From positions 1-42,709 of the forward strand of contig NZ_SBIV01000013.1 in NCBI RefSeq assembly GCF_004765795.1: a stretch of DNA of 42,709 nucleotides, given 5' to 3'. A program made the position numbers and the translations under genes. Below are positions 17,018-25,914 of the stretch, one piece after another; position 1 is the first letter of the stretch, and the number at the start of each line of letters is the position of its first letter. Source of the stretch: Halorussus marinus (GTDB lineage: Archaea > Halobacteriota > Halobacteria > Halobacteriales > Haladaptataceae). The notes below the pieces were generated by a model. It was not told the origin of the DNA, ran no database searches, and saw only the letters and a list, made by a program, of their open reading frames with translations.

Positions 17018-20000
17018 GTGACGTACCAGATCGTCGGCTGTTCGAACTGCACGGGCTACTGGATCACGGAGAACCTCCGCGAGCAGGCCACCACCGAATG
17101 CCCTCTCTGTTTCCAGCAGCACGACACCGCGAAACTCAACGTCCGCTTCCAGCACGACAACTTCGAAACCGCGGCCGAAATCCGGTCGAAAATCGTCGCC
17201 CAACACGCCGGCGAACTCGACGCGCACGAGAACTGCGACGACTACGGCATCCAAGCCGACCGCGTCGACGAACTCCATCGCGACCGCGAGCGGCGGTTCG
17301 CGGACGAAGCCGAGCAGGCATTCAGCGAGTACGACGAGCTGCTCGCCGACGAGGTTGAGACGTCCTTCGAACGCTGGCGGGCCCAGCACGACTATCTCGA
17401 AGCCGAAGCCTGGGATGCGCTCTCCGACCAGCACACCCGGTTCGCGGACGAAGCCAAGGAGGCGTTCCGCGACCAGGATACTCGGCTCGGTGACCGTGTC
17501 GATCTCGACCGCGACTACAGTACGGTCGACCATGACGACCCGGAGACGCTCGGCACCACCGGCGGCCTCTCGTTCACCGAACAGGGACGGTTCGCCGACG
17601 CAACCACCACGCTCGAAGTACCCGTCTCGGAACTAGCGGCCACCATCGTCGACCAGCTCCGCGACACCCTCGTCGACGCGATCCGCGAGCTCGCCGACGG
17701 CCGGAGCGCGCTTGAACTGCAGGCGCTCCTCGACGACGCAGGCGTCACAGCCAGCCAGCACGATGCTGATCTGCTCGGACTTGCTGATCGCATCGCCCGC
17801 GGCAGCAAACAAGCCGCCCTCGACTTCTACGGGCAACTTGCCCAGACTGCTGGTCGAGCGACAACCGAGGACACTACCCTTGCACCACAGCTGCTCGCGC
17901 TCGTCGACACGACGCCGACCATCAAAGTTGATCTCACCAGCGCGTTCTGGGATCGGCGCCGCAGCCAGCGCGAAGACATCTGCGAGTACCTGGCTGCGCT
18001 CGCCCGCGGATGCGACGTCCGGATTATCGGCTCGCCGCTTGACCAGCACGACCTCTACGACGACCATCGTTCGGACCTCCCCGTTAGTCGCGACGACATC
18101 ACACCCTCGCGGGAGAGCCGCGACGACCGCGTCGAAGCAGCGAAAGCCAGCCTCGACCGGGACGGTCGCGAGATCGCCATCCTGCGTGCGCTCGCCGGTG
18201 AGGATAGCCAGACGCTCCCCTACGGGACGCTGTACGCGCAGTACGCCGTCCAAAACTCGCGCGTCCGTCAGTGCATCAGTACACTCGCCGACCTCGGAGT
18301 CGTCGACACGTTCGGGCCGAACACCGACCGCCACGTCGAGCTCCTGCCCGCCGGCGAGGACTATCTCAACTGGCTCGACACCGAAACCGCACGACAGCGG
18401 ACGCTTCAGGAGTCCGTTAGCGACCAGTTGCAATCGTCCGACGATAGCCGTGTAACCACGCGCACACACGAGGCCCCCTCCCCGGAGAGCCAACGGCGGC
18501 GGCTGCCCCACCTCCACACCCTGCAGCCGCTGGCCCGCTGGGACGCCACCGCAACTGCTGCCAGCACCCCCGAGAACGGCCTTGCAGTGGTTGACTACCC
18601 GCTCCAAGCACAGGCCGATCGCGGCAGTCCGCGGTGGCACTACGACTACCGCGACGATCGCCTGGTCGTGGGTGCTGAGTTCGACGGCCCGATGCAGTAC
18701 TGGGTGTGTGTCGCCAGAGCGTTAGCCAGCTCGAAGACGTTCACGAACATCCTCAAAGACGGCGACCGGCTCGACGACACCGACGAGTTCGCGCACTTCC
18801 TCACCGAGAACAAGTACGTCCTCCGTGACTCGCGGTGCCTCGGCCACCTCCCCGACAAGGTGGAGGACGGCGGCGACTACGTCGACGAACTCGAGTCGGC
18901 CGAAGAGCACCTCTGTGAGCTGACCAAGCGGCTCCACGAGGGCGACTTCGACGGCAGCGAGGCTGAGTACCGGGGCGTGATCACCCGGGAAGCGCTCGGC
19001 CTCGCCGGGACGATGGTCCACCTTCTAGATCTCGTCGACGTGGAGGTCGTCCGGCAGGTCCGCCTCCCGAGTTCGAACGGCGGCCGGAACGACATTCTCA
19101 CCGACGATCGCCGGGAGACGCTCGTGAAATCGCTCGCGACCGGCGTTGCGATCCAGTCGACGTACAACAACTCGTCGGTGTACCGCCAGCTGTTCGAGAC
19201 ACGGGAGGAGAAGCGGGACGCCGCGATCGTCCCGACGGTCGACTACGACGACCCCTTCGGCGAGTTGATCGGGTCAGTGTGCGTTGTCGGCGATCTCGGC
19301 AGCATGGAGGACGCGCTCGTCGAGGATCTCCGCCAGCGGCTCGGCAGTCCCGGCGAGATCCACGAGGATGCACCGGACATCCGAGTCCGTGTCCCAGTTC
19401 AGTCGACCGAGCAGCTCGGACGGATGGCGTTCGCGACCGCCGTCGAACGGCTGTGTACAGCGAAGAATCTCAAGCCGACCCGAGAGGCAGTGTCGGTCCT
19501 CAGGTTGTTCTCCGCGACGCCGTTCGACGCGGCCGCCGCAGTCTGCGGACTCTCAACTGAGGACCGCCGGCGCGACATCCGGCTCGACGAGGTCCGGACT
19601 GGGCTGGCTCGGGTCTCGGAGGCTCGCGTCATGCCGTGGCTGTCATCGGGGGTCCGCGATCTGGTCGCGGTGCTGCTCGAAGCCCGCGAACCGGTGTCGG
19701 TTGCGGAGCTCTGCGAGCGCGCCGATATCGCGACGTCGACGTGGCACCGGAACAAGGACGTCCTCGAGGTGCTGGACATCATCCGCGACACTACCGGGGG
19801 CGTTCGGCTAGCACTCCCGTTCAAGAACGCCGACGAGTACGACATCCGGCCGTGGTACACCCGCCGCGACGAGGATCGCGACGACTACCGGGAGGCCAGC
19901 CTCTCCGGTGTCATCCTCGACCTCCTAGATGAGCTTGCACCGCCTCGGGAGGTGATCGAACGCGTTAGTGAGGCGGTGCGAGACGACAGCGTGGAGCGGC

Positions 20001-20170
20001 TTCGAGACGAGTGGGCGGTGCTCGAGGGCTGGCTGGCTGTCCTCCAGGGCGTGACGGCCGACCACCGTCACACCGAGACAGGGGAAACAGAGGAACTGGT
20101 GGTGTTCGGTCGGCGGCCCGAGCAGGCGAGTCTCCAGGAGGCCTCGGCCCAGAGGGGTGTTGGTGCGTGA
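17018..20170 (+). CDS. Large plasmid-type replication initiator (RepH-like) with N-terminal Zn-ribbon
   Basis: ~1050 aa; YQIVGCSNC...CPLC; internal and C-terminal wHTH-like segments; size and context recall haloarchaeal RepH; GTG 17018 after GGGGTGG. Confidence 0.7.
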   Translation: MTYQIVGCSNCTGYWITENLREQATTECPLCFQQHDTAKLNVRFQHDNFETAAEIRSKIVAQHAGELDAHENCDDYGIQADRVDELHRDRERRFADEAEQAFSEYDELLADEVETSFERWRAQHDYLEAEAWDALSDQHTRFADEAKEAFRDQDTRLGDRVDLDRDYSTVDHDDPETLGTTGGLSFTEQGRFADATTTLEVPVSELAATIVDQLRDTLVDAIRELADGRSALELQALLDDAGVTASQHDADLLGLADRIARGSKQAALDFYGQLAQTAGRATTEDTTLAPQLLALVDTTPTIKVDLTSAFWDRRRSQREDICEYLAALARGCDVRIIGSPLDQHDLYDDHRSDLPVSRDDITPSRESRDDRVEAAKASLDRDGREIAILRALAGEDSQTLPYGTLYAQYAVQNSRVRQCISTLADLGVVDTFGPNTDRHVELLPAGEDYLNWLDTETARQRTLQESVSDQLQSSDDSRVTTRTHEAPSPESQRRRLPHLHTLQPLARWDATATAASTPENGLAVVDYPLQAQADRGSPRWHYDYRDDRLVVGAEFDGPMQYWVCVARALASSKTFTNILKDGDRLDDTDEFAHFLTENKYVLRDSRCLGHLPDKVEDGGDYVDELESAEEHLCELTKRLHEGDFDGSEAEYRGVITREALGLAGTMVHLLDLVDVEVVRQVRLPSSNGGRNDILTDDRRETLVKSLATGVAIQSTYNNSSVYRQLFETREEKRDAAIVPTVDYDDPFGELIGSVCVVGDLGSMEDALVEDLRQRLGSPGEIHEDAPDIRVRVPVQSTEQLGRMAFATAVERLCTAKNLKPTREAVSVLRLFSATPFDAAAAVCGLSTEDRRRDIRLDEVRTGLARVSEARVMPWLSSGVRDLVAVLLEAREPVSVAELCERADIATSTWHRNKDVLEVLDIIRDTTGGVRLALPFKNADEYDIRPWYTRRDEDRDDYREASLSGVILDLLDELAPPREVIERVSEAVRDDSVERLRDEWAVLEGWLAVLQGVTADHRHTETGETEELVVFGRRPEQASLQEASAQRGVGA

Positions 20171-20472
20171 CCGACTCCGACGAGGAGACGGTGTACGTGG
20201 TGTCTCGGAGTGGAAACGGCGGCCGGAACCACGTCCATACGGATCCGGACTGCCAGTACCTCGAGCGCGCGAAGAACGTGTTCGAGAAACCCCGGAGCGT
20301 GGTCGACATCGACCGGCTCTGTCAAGTCTGCTCGGGCGAGCACTCACCGGAGAACGAGGGCCCGAGCGGAGACCCGAACGAGACGCGGAAGCTGTTGTCG
20401 TCGACGGCGCCGGAGGAGATCGGGCTGTCGGCGATCGGCGAGCGAGACGGCCTGGGCGGTGATCAGGTGTGA
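20167..20472 (+). CDS. Zn-binding protein (HxxxxC...CxxC)
   Basis: TVYVVS...HVHTDPDCQYL...CQVC; GTG start overlapping the rep stop. Confidence 0.7.
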   Translation: MTDSDEETVYVVSRSGNGGRNHVHTDPDCQYLERAKNVFEKPRSVVDIDRLCQVCSGEHSPENEGPSGDPNETRKLLSSTAPEEIGLSAIGERDGLGGDQV

Positions 20473-20705
20473 CGTCGTGCGACGAGTGTGGCGTTGGTTC
20501 GATGGGCGCGTATATCCGCGAGTACGAGGACGGCCGCGATCTCTGTGCGGGCTGCTGGCCGGCTGGCGAGTGCGAGCGCTGCGGGACCGAAACAACCGAG
20601 ACCACGCTTTCAGGCGAGTACCGCTGTCGGCGGTGTCAGGAAACGATCCGTGGTCGGGATTCGACACGCCCTGCTGACCAGGCGGGCCTCGGGGAGTGGT
20701 CGTGA
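20469..20705 (+). CDS. Double Zn-ribbon micro-protein with C-terminal QxxLxxW
   Basis: CDEC, CAGC, CERC, CRRC; QAGLGEW. Confidence 0.75.
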   Translation: MTSCDECGVGSMGAYIREYEDGRDLCAGCWPAGECERCGTETTETTLSGEYRCRRCQETIRGRDSTRPADQAGLGEWS

Positions 20706-20950
20706 TGACTGACGAGACTGTGTACGTGTCGCGGCGACGCTACACGAACCGAAGCGTCTACCACACCGACAAAGACTGTCCGCAGCTCCAGTGTTCGGAG
20801 AGCGTTCGCGCGGTCTCCCGGCGCGTCCTCCATATGGATATGCGCGAATGCCAGTACTGCGCGGACGTTCAACCGACACCTGGCGGGAGTGGGAGCGGGC
20901 ACTACCAGAGTCTCATTCAGGCGGCCGACGAGGACGGTGGTCAGGCGTGA
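20705..20950 (+). CDS. Zn-binding protein, paralog of 20167-20472
   Basis: ETVYVS...YHTDKDCPQL...CQYC. Confidence 0.7.
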   Translation: MTDETVYVSRRRYTNRSVYHTDKDCPQLQCSESVRAVSRRVLHMDMRECQYCADVQPTPGGSGSGHYQSLIQAADEDGGQA

Positions 20951-21102
20951 CCCAGCACCTACGCGGCCGGACTCGGACGTGCCCGCACTGCGGCCGGGAG
21001 ATCTCCCGCTACCCACTGACGAACTACCCGATGCACGTCTCGATGCAGTGTCCGGAGCGTCCCGACCGCGAGCAGGCCGGCCTCGAGAGGTGGTCCGCAT
21101 GA
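20947..21102 (+). CDS. Zn-finger micro-protein with C-terminal QxxLxxW
   Basis: CPHCG...HVSMQC...QAGLERW. Confidence 0.65.
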   Translation: MTQHLRGRTRTCPHCGREISRYPLTNYPMHVSMQCPERPDREQAGLERWSA

Positions 21103-21596
21103 ACTATCGATCCCCGGAGGAAGACGAGGAGATTCCGCACATCGACCGAGCAGTTGACCAGCTCGGGTTCGACCCGCGGCGGTTCTTCGACGAGCCGCTG
21201 CTCGCCGGCGACGACACGGCGATGGATCCGGTTGAGCGGATGCGTGGCATCATCCGCGGCCTCGACGACAAGCAGTCCGTCGCCAGCCTGCTGTCGGTCG
21301 AGAAGACCCTCGAGCGTGGGCCCCGTGACGAGGTCATCGAGATGCTGCAGGACCGGATGGCGTTCCTCCGCGAGCACGGAGAGCGCCCCGACAACCTGCG
21401 GACCGAGTGGCCCCACGAACTCCCCGAGCGCTACCAGCCCCACGATCGCGACCGCCGGCAGGCCGACGTCTACTGGGTTGACGAAGACGAGGGCGAGCGG
21501 CGGCCGTGGTCACAGCGCCCGACGAGTCCGACGGTCGGCCGGTCGTTCGACGATGTCCAAACCGAGGTTGCGACCGACGGAGGTGACTCGCGGTGA
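21099..21596 (+). CDS. Hypothetical protein
   Basis: MNYRSPEED...ATDGG; coupled. Confidence 0.7.
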   Translation: MNYRSPEEDEEIPHIDRAVDQLGFDPRRFFDEPLLAGDDTAMDPVERMRGIIRGLDDKQSVASLLSVEKTLERGPRDEVIEMLQDRMAFLREHGERPDNLRTEWPHELPERYQPHDRDRRQADVYWVDEDEGERRPWSQRPTSPTVGRSFDDVQTEVATDGGDSR

Positions 21597-21880
21597 ACAT
21601 CCTGGCTCAGGATCACGAGCTCCTCGAGGCGGTCCGCATGCTCTACGCGGCGGGCGAGACCGATCTCGCAGCTGGCGGCGTACACCCTGAGTCGATCGGC
21701 GAAGAGCTCGGCATTGACATGAAGACGGCGACCCATCGTTGCCGGGAGCTAGCCGACGAAGGCCGACTCGTTCGCCAGGATGGGTTGAATCCGGAGACGC
21801 TGCAGTCTCGGATCAGCTACGCGCCCGTCGACAAAGACGAGTCGAACACTGAACGGCCCCAGCGGAGTGGAGCTACATGA
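21593..21880 (+). CDS. wHTH protein (tandem paralog 1)
   Basis: GGVHPESIGEELGID...RCRELADEGRLVR. Confidence 0.75.
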   Translation: MNILAQDHELLEAVRMLYAAGETDLAAGGVHPESIGEELGIDMKTATHRCRELADEGRLVRQDGLNPETLQSRISYAPVDKDESNTERPQRSGAT

Positions 21881-22170
21881 CCGAGCAGAACGCGTGGGGT
21901 GGGCCGACCGACGAGGCGATCGTCGACGCAGTCCGTGACCGCTGCCGGGAGGGTCGGACAGACTTGCTCGAGGGCGGCGTGCCAAGCGAGGTGCTCGCGG
22001 ACGAGTTCGGGATGGACCAGCACGCGATGCAGGATCGTCTCCAGACGCTGGTCCAGACTGGCCGTCTGGTCCGCGTTCGTGGAGCGGCCCCCGATACGTA
22101 TCGTCCCCGGCCGAGCTATCGACCACCAGATGAGCCGGTTGATTCCGATGGGGGTTCCGAACGATTATGA
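21877..22170 (+). CDS. wHTH protein (tandem paralog 2)
   Basis: GGVPSEVLADEFGMD...RLQTLVQTGRLVR. Confidence 0.75.
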   Translation: MTEQNAWGGPTDEAIVDAVRDRCREGRTDLLEGGVPSEVLADEFGMDQHAMQDRLQTLVQTGRLVRVRGAAPDTYRPRPSYRPPDEPVDSDGGSERL

Positions 22171-22295
22171 CGGTAGAACTACGAGAACAAACCGAGAACA
22201 CGCCCCGGTCCAATCTGCACACTATCCACGTCACTGCGGAGGGGTACAGCAGATTTGAATTTCCCGATAGAATCGGGAATCGCATGATTCTCACT

Positions 22296-22859
22296 ATGAG
22301 ACACTCAAATTACCCATCCGATTGGCAGAAGCGACGAGCAAGGGTATTCAAACGAGACGGCTACGAGTGCCAGAACTGCGAGTATCAAGCACCCACAGAC
22401 TCTAATTCTCCATCGGGACTTCACGCCCACCACCAAACGAAGATCAGCGAGGGTGGAGGTCACGGGGTCGACAATCTAATCACGCTCTGTCAGGAGTGTC
22501 ATATCGAGGTTCATTCGAACAGAGGCGTCGATGAGGTCCCACCGCCTGAACTCCATGAGTGTACGTACGACGGCTGCGATGAAGTCCGCGGCAAATGGGC
22601 GCTTCAGAATGGAGGCTACTGCACTGCACAGTGTGAGTACCGAGATAAAGCAGAAGCTGTCCTTGACGCTCTCCAAACTGAGGAGACCTTCTGTTCAAGT
22701 TGTTTCGCAAACTGGCCACCTGACCACGAGGTCTGCCCCCAGTGCGGGAACTGGGCTCCAGACGAGGATGCAGCGTTCCAGGATGGTGATTTTGACATCC
22801 ACAATCTTGTTGCACACGTCATCTGGCAAGTCGACTTCCTCGACTTAGAGCGAGACTGA
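22296..22859 (+). CDS. HNH endonuclease fused to a Cys-rich domain paralogous to the downstream gene
   Basis: WQKRRARVFKRDGYECQNC..LHAHH....GG.H..DNLITLCQECHIEVH; upstream in-frame ATG at 22167 also possible. Confidence 0.85.
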   Translation: MRHSNYPSDWQKRRARVFKRDGYECQNCEYQAPTDSNSPSGLHAHHQTKISEGGGHGVDNLITLCQECHIEVHSNRGVDEVPPPELHECTYDGCDEVRGKWALQNGGYCTAQCEYRDKAEAVLDALQTEETFCSSCFANWPPDHEVCPQCGNWAPDEDAAFQDGDFDIHNLVAHVIWQVDFLDLERD

Positions 22860-22931
22860 CGAATACCCGAGTCCGCTCTCCGACAACTCTCCGCCAGTAC
22901 GAAAGACGCCCTACGGTCCAATACAGTGACA

Positions 22932-23513
22932 ATGTCAACCGAAACACAGAGCCCCACGACTGTCGAGTGTAAGCATCCAGAGTGCTCCGAGATTGGGAAC
23001 CATTGGGAGTTCCGACACGGTAGCTACTGTAGTACGGACTGCGAGCTCCGACACGAGGGCCGCCAAGTACTCCGGAAGCTCATGTACGACCACTGCCGGT
23101 GCTTCACCTGCTTCCGCGAGCTGAAGACCGTCAACCCGCCGAAGCCCGACTTCGAGTTCACCGAGGACGGTCACGGCTGGACGCTCGACGAGAACGGCGA
23201 CCCGACGCTCCAGTACTACAGTCAGGAGGTAACGCGGAGCGCAGCCACCGGCTTCCAGTTCCTCACCGAGAACGCCGGCAAAGGCGAGAAGCAACGTGGC
23301 GACACGGTGATCACGGGCACGATCTGCTCGAAGTGCGGGAACACCGACCACGCTCATCACGATCCCGTGCTCGCCGGCCGCCAAGCGATCGGCCGGCTCG
23401 CCGCCCTGCTCGACGGTGACGACGACGTCGTGTTCGACGCCGAAGTCCTGCACCGAGTCTACCAGCGTCGCGACGATCTCCTCCTCGCGGTCGGCCTCGC
23501 GCTCCACGACTAA
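22932..23513 (+). CDS. Cys-rich multi-Zn-finger protein
   Basis: ECKHPEC..W..GSYCSTDCE..CFTCF..CSKCGN. Confidence 0.75.
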   Translation: MSTETQSPTTVECKHPECSEIGNHWEFRHGSYCSTDCELRHEGRQVLRKLMYDHCRCFTCFRELKTVNPPKPDFEFTEDGHGWTLDENGDPTLQYYSQEVTRSAATGFQFLTENAGKGEKQRGDTVITGTICSKCGNTDHAHHDPVLAGRQAIGRLAALLDGDDDVVFDAEVLHRVYQRRDDLLLAVGLALHD

Positions 23514-23523
23514 CCCCACAGCC

Positions 23524-23919
23524 ATGTCCACCGACACGTCTGCTCCCAGCCAGATAGCGGAGACCGTGCCCCGAGACCCGAGCGCGTTCCGGCCGAGCAA
23601 ACACTTCGCATCAAAGGTCAAAGACCTCGGCACCGACCGGAACCGCCACCTCGACGGCGAGATCATCAACGGCTGCATCGAGCACGGCAGCCGCCGGAAA
23701 GTCGACTCGGGAGTCTACCACTTGCGGGAGACGTTCGGCGGGGCGACCTACCGGCTCGTCGTCGACGTCGACGACCGCGAGGTCGTCACGGGCTACCCGA
23801 TCTCGATCAACACTGACGCCGCAAAGCGGTCCGGCCGCTGGTCGACCGACCAGATCGAAGATATCCGGCACTTCATCAAGACGGATCCGCGACCCGACCG
23901 CGACTACTCGGACTCCTGA
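23524..23919 (+). CDS. Putative RelE/BrnT-fold (DUF4258-like) protein
   Basis: PSKHF....IINGCIEHG....YRLVVD...VVTGYP pattern. Confidence 0.5.
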   Translation: MSTDTSAPSQIAETVPRDPSAFRPSKHFASKVKDLGTDRNRHLDGEIINGCIEHGSRRKVDSGVYHLRETFGGATYRLVVDVDDREVVTGYPISINTDAAKRSGRWSTDQIEDIRHFIKTDPRPDRDYSDS

Positions 23920-24175
23920 TGACGTGGAGGCCCGAACTCCAGATGCCTCTGGCCGCGGCGCGTCCCGCGTCTCGGTCTCCATCGAGGGCAACTGTACTTT
24001 CCATACCGAAGACCATGCCCAGCCAGCGCCAGCCCCCGATCGAGCTTGCCGTCGGCGCACCACTCCAGGTCCGCCACCGGAACGGTGAGACGATCGTCGG
24101 CATCCGCACCCGTGACGGCTGGCGGGAATTGAAACGGTTCTGATACACACTCGAGTCACCTGACAGCATCCACCT

Positions 24176-24481
24176 ATGAGCACGAAGAGTCCGGACACCC
24201 CCGTCTGGTTCTGCCCGCGGGAAGTCACCGAACACAACCAGCAACTCGCACGCATCGCACACATGGACATCCGCAAGCTCAAGGCCCTCAAGGCCCTCGT
24301 CGTCAGCCTCGCCATCCTCGTCACCGCTCTCGTCGGCATCGAATCCGGGGGTGATCCGACGACCATCTCCTGGCTGGGCTTGGCAGGCCTACTTCTCGTC
24401 AACGGCATCGAGGTCGGCGAACTGCTCGCCGTCCTCGCCGCCGCCCGCGAAGAAACCACCGACGGAGATTCCGAATCATGA
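24176..24481 (+). CDS. Small two-TM membrane protein (holin-like)
   Basis: ALVVSLAILVTALVGI and ISWLGLAGLLLVNGI hydrophobic segments. Confidence 0.55.
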   Translation: MSTKSPDTPVWFCPREVTEHNQQLARIAHMDIRKLKALKALVVSLAILVTALVGIESGGDPTTISWLGLAGLLLVNGIEVGELLAVLAAAREETTDGDSES

Positions 24482-25026
24482 CCATCGACCAACTCCTCAA
24501 GCTCGCCAACAGCCAGCTCGTCCAAGCGCTCGTCGCACTCATCATCGGCGGCGCCGGCACCGTCCATCGCTACCAGAAGACCGGCCGGATCCCGCTCTCG
24601 ACACTCCCCTGGCGAGCCCTCCGACGCACGCTCTACGCCGTCCGCCGGCGCTGGTTCACTGTCGAACGGCCCAGCGGCGACCCCACGATCGTCGACGAAA
24701 GCCTCGACGACGTCCGCGACGCGCTCGCCGCAGCCTCCTACAACCCCGGCTGGCCCCTCTCGTATCACTACTATGGAGAAGATCTAAACGCACGTCGTTA
24801 CTTCAGAGATCCGACACGGCCACATCCGCACCGCCAGATCCACATCCGCGGGTTCGAGACCGCCGACGGCGTCGAACTCATCGCCCACGAGGAGCCCGCG
24901 CCCGAGCACCACCCGCGCGCGCACCTGAAGGAGGTCGACATGCACGACTCAACCCAGTGGCTCGCCGACGTCTGGGACGCGAAGAACCTCGACCCCCGCG
25001 GCTTCGAGCGGATCACCCCGGAGTGA
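24478..25026 (+). CDS. Membrane-anchored His-rich protein
   Basis: N-terminal TM LVQALVALIIGGAG; HPHRQIHIRGF, AHEE, HHPRAH. Confidence 0.65.
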   Translation: MTIDQLLKLANSQLVQALVALIIGGAGTVHRYQKTGRIPLSTLPWRALRRTLYAVRRRWFTVERPSGDPTIVDESLDDVRDALAAASYNPGWPLSYHYYGEDLNARRYFRDPTRPHPHRQIHIRGFETADGVELIAHEEPAPEHHPRAHLKEVDMHDSTQWLADVWDAKNLDPRGFERITPE

Positions 25027-25029
25027 CCG

Positions 25030-25146
25030 ATGGGCTGGACCTGTACGGACTGCGGCCGCACGTTCGCGTTCGACCCCTGCGAACGTGAGCGAACTGCCGA
25101 AGACGGGCCTACGTGTCTCGACTGTCTGAACCCCGCCGGGAAGTAA
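25030..25146 (+). CDS. 38-aa Zn-ribbon micro-protein
   Basis: MGWTCTDCGRTFAFDPCERERTAEDGPTCLDCLNPAGK (manual translation). Confidence 0.6.
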   Translation: MGWTCTDCGRTFAFDPCERERTAEDGPTCLDCLNPAGK

Positions 25147-25149
25147 CCA

Positions 25150-25203
25150 GCCCTATTTAAAGTATAAGTCAACCCCTGAACGCTACAGAACGCTTTCCCC
25201 ATC
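25150..25203 (+). promoter_or_regulatory. Putative late promoter of the packaging/morphogenesis operon
   Basis: AT island TATTTAAAGTATAAG before terS; GAACGCT occurs twice. Confidence 0.55.
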
Positions 25204-25914
25204 ATGTCCACCCGAGAACGACGAGTCACACTCGCCCTGAAGTGGCACTACCTCGACAACCTCAGCGTCGAGGAGATCCAGGACCGCTTCGAGGACGAAG
25301 GCGTCGGCTCGTACGCCAAGTCGACCATCCGCGGCTACCTCAACGAAGAGCCGAAAGAGGAGGTCATCGAGCAGATCGAGCAGAAGCACGCGGACGTCCG
25401 CCTCCAGATAGCAGAACGCGAAGAGCGGCTCTACCAGCGAGCGCGGAACGCTGAATCTCAGGCGGTCGAGGACCAACCGATCGTTCGGGTGGTTCCGAAG
25501 ACGGAGACCGTCTCGAACGACCGAGAGACGCCGATGTCGTGGCCGGCCTGGGAGATCGTCGAGCCGGGCGACGATGACTGGCCGGAGTGGGCGACCGAGC
25601 GCGACGTCATCATCCGGTTCGTCGACAACGAGCAGACCCGAGTGCTACCGGGCGAGGAGTATCCGCTGCGGGCGATCGACGGCAGTCCGAAGTACACGAA
25701 GGAGCTCGCTGGCCTCGAGCGCGACCAGCCCGACCTGAAGGGGCAGGCGATGGCGCGCCAGGAACAGTCCTCGCATCTGGAGGCGAAGGGTGAGGCACTC
25801 GGCATCTACTCGACGGACATCAACATGCAAGTCGACGGCGACGTCGACCACTCGGTCGAGCTCGACGCTGAGACTGCTGCGGCGATCCGGGAGGCGACAC
25901 TCGACGATGAGTAG
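25204..25914 (+). CDS. terS: Terminase small subunit (putative)
   Basis: N-terminal HTH (LSVEEIQ...AKSTIRGYL); overlaps terL start. Confidence 0.7.
   Translation: MSTRERRVTLALKWHYLDNLSVEEIQDRFEDEGVGSYAKSTIRGYLNEEPKEEVIEQIEQKHADVRLQIAEREERLYQRARNAESQAVEDQPIVRVVPKTETVSNDRETPMSWPAWEIVEPGDDDWPEWATERDVIIRFVDNEQTRVLPGEEYPLRAIDGSPKYTKELAGLERDQPDLKGQAMARQEQSSHLEAKGEALGIYSTDINMQVDGDVDHSVELDAETAAAIREATLDDE

Noticed and set aside
23919..24143. 74-aa ORF between the RelE-like gene and the membrane genes
   Set aside because: Non-acidic and start ambiguous; may be real but not supportable
25790..25906. N-terminal extension of TerL given in the ORF track
   Set aside because: Overlaps terS with S/T/R-rich shadow sequence; ATG 25907 after GGAGG is the better start
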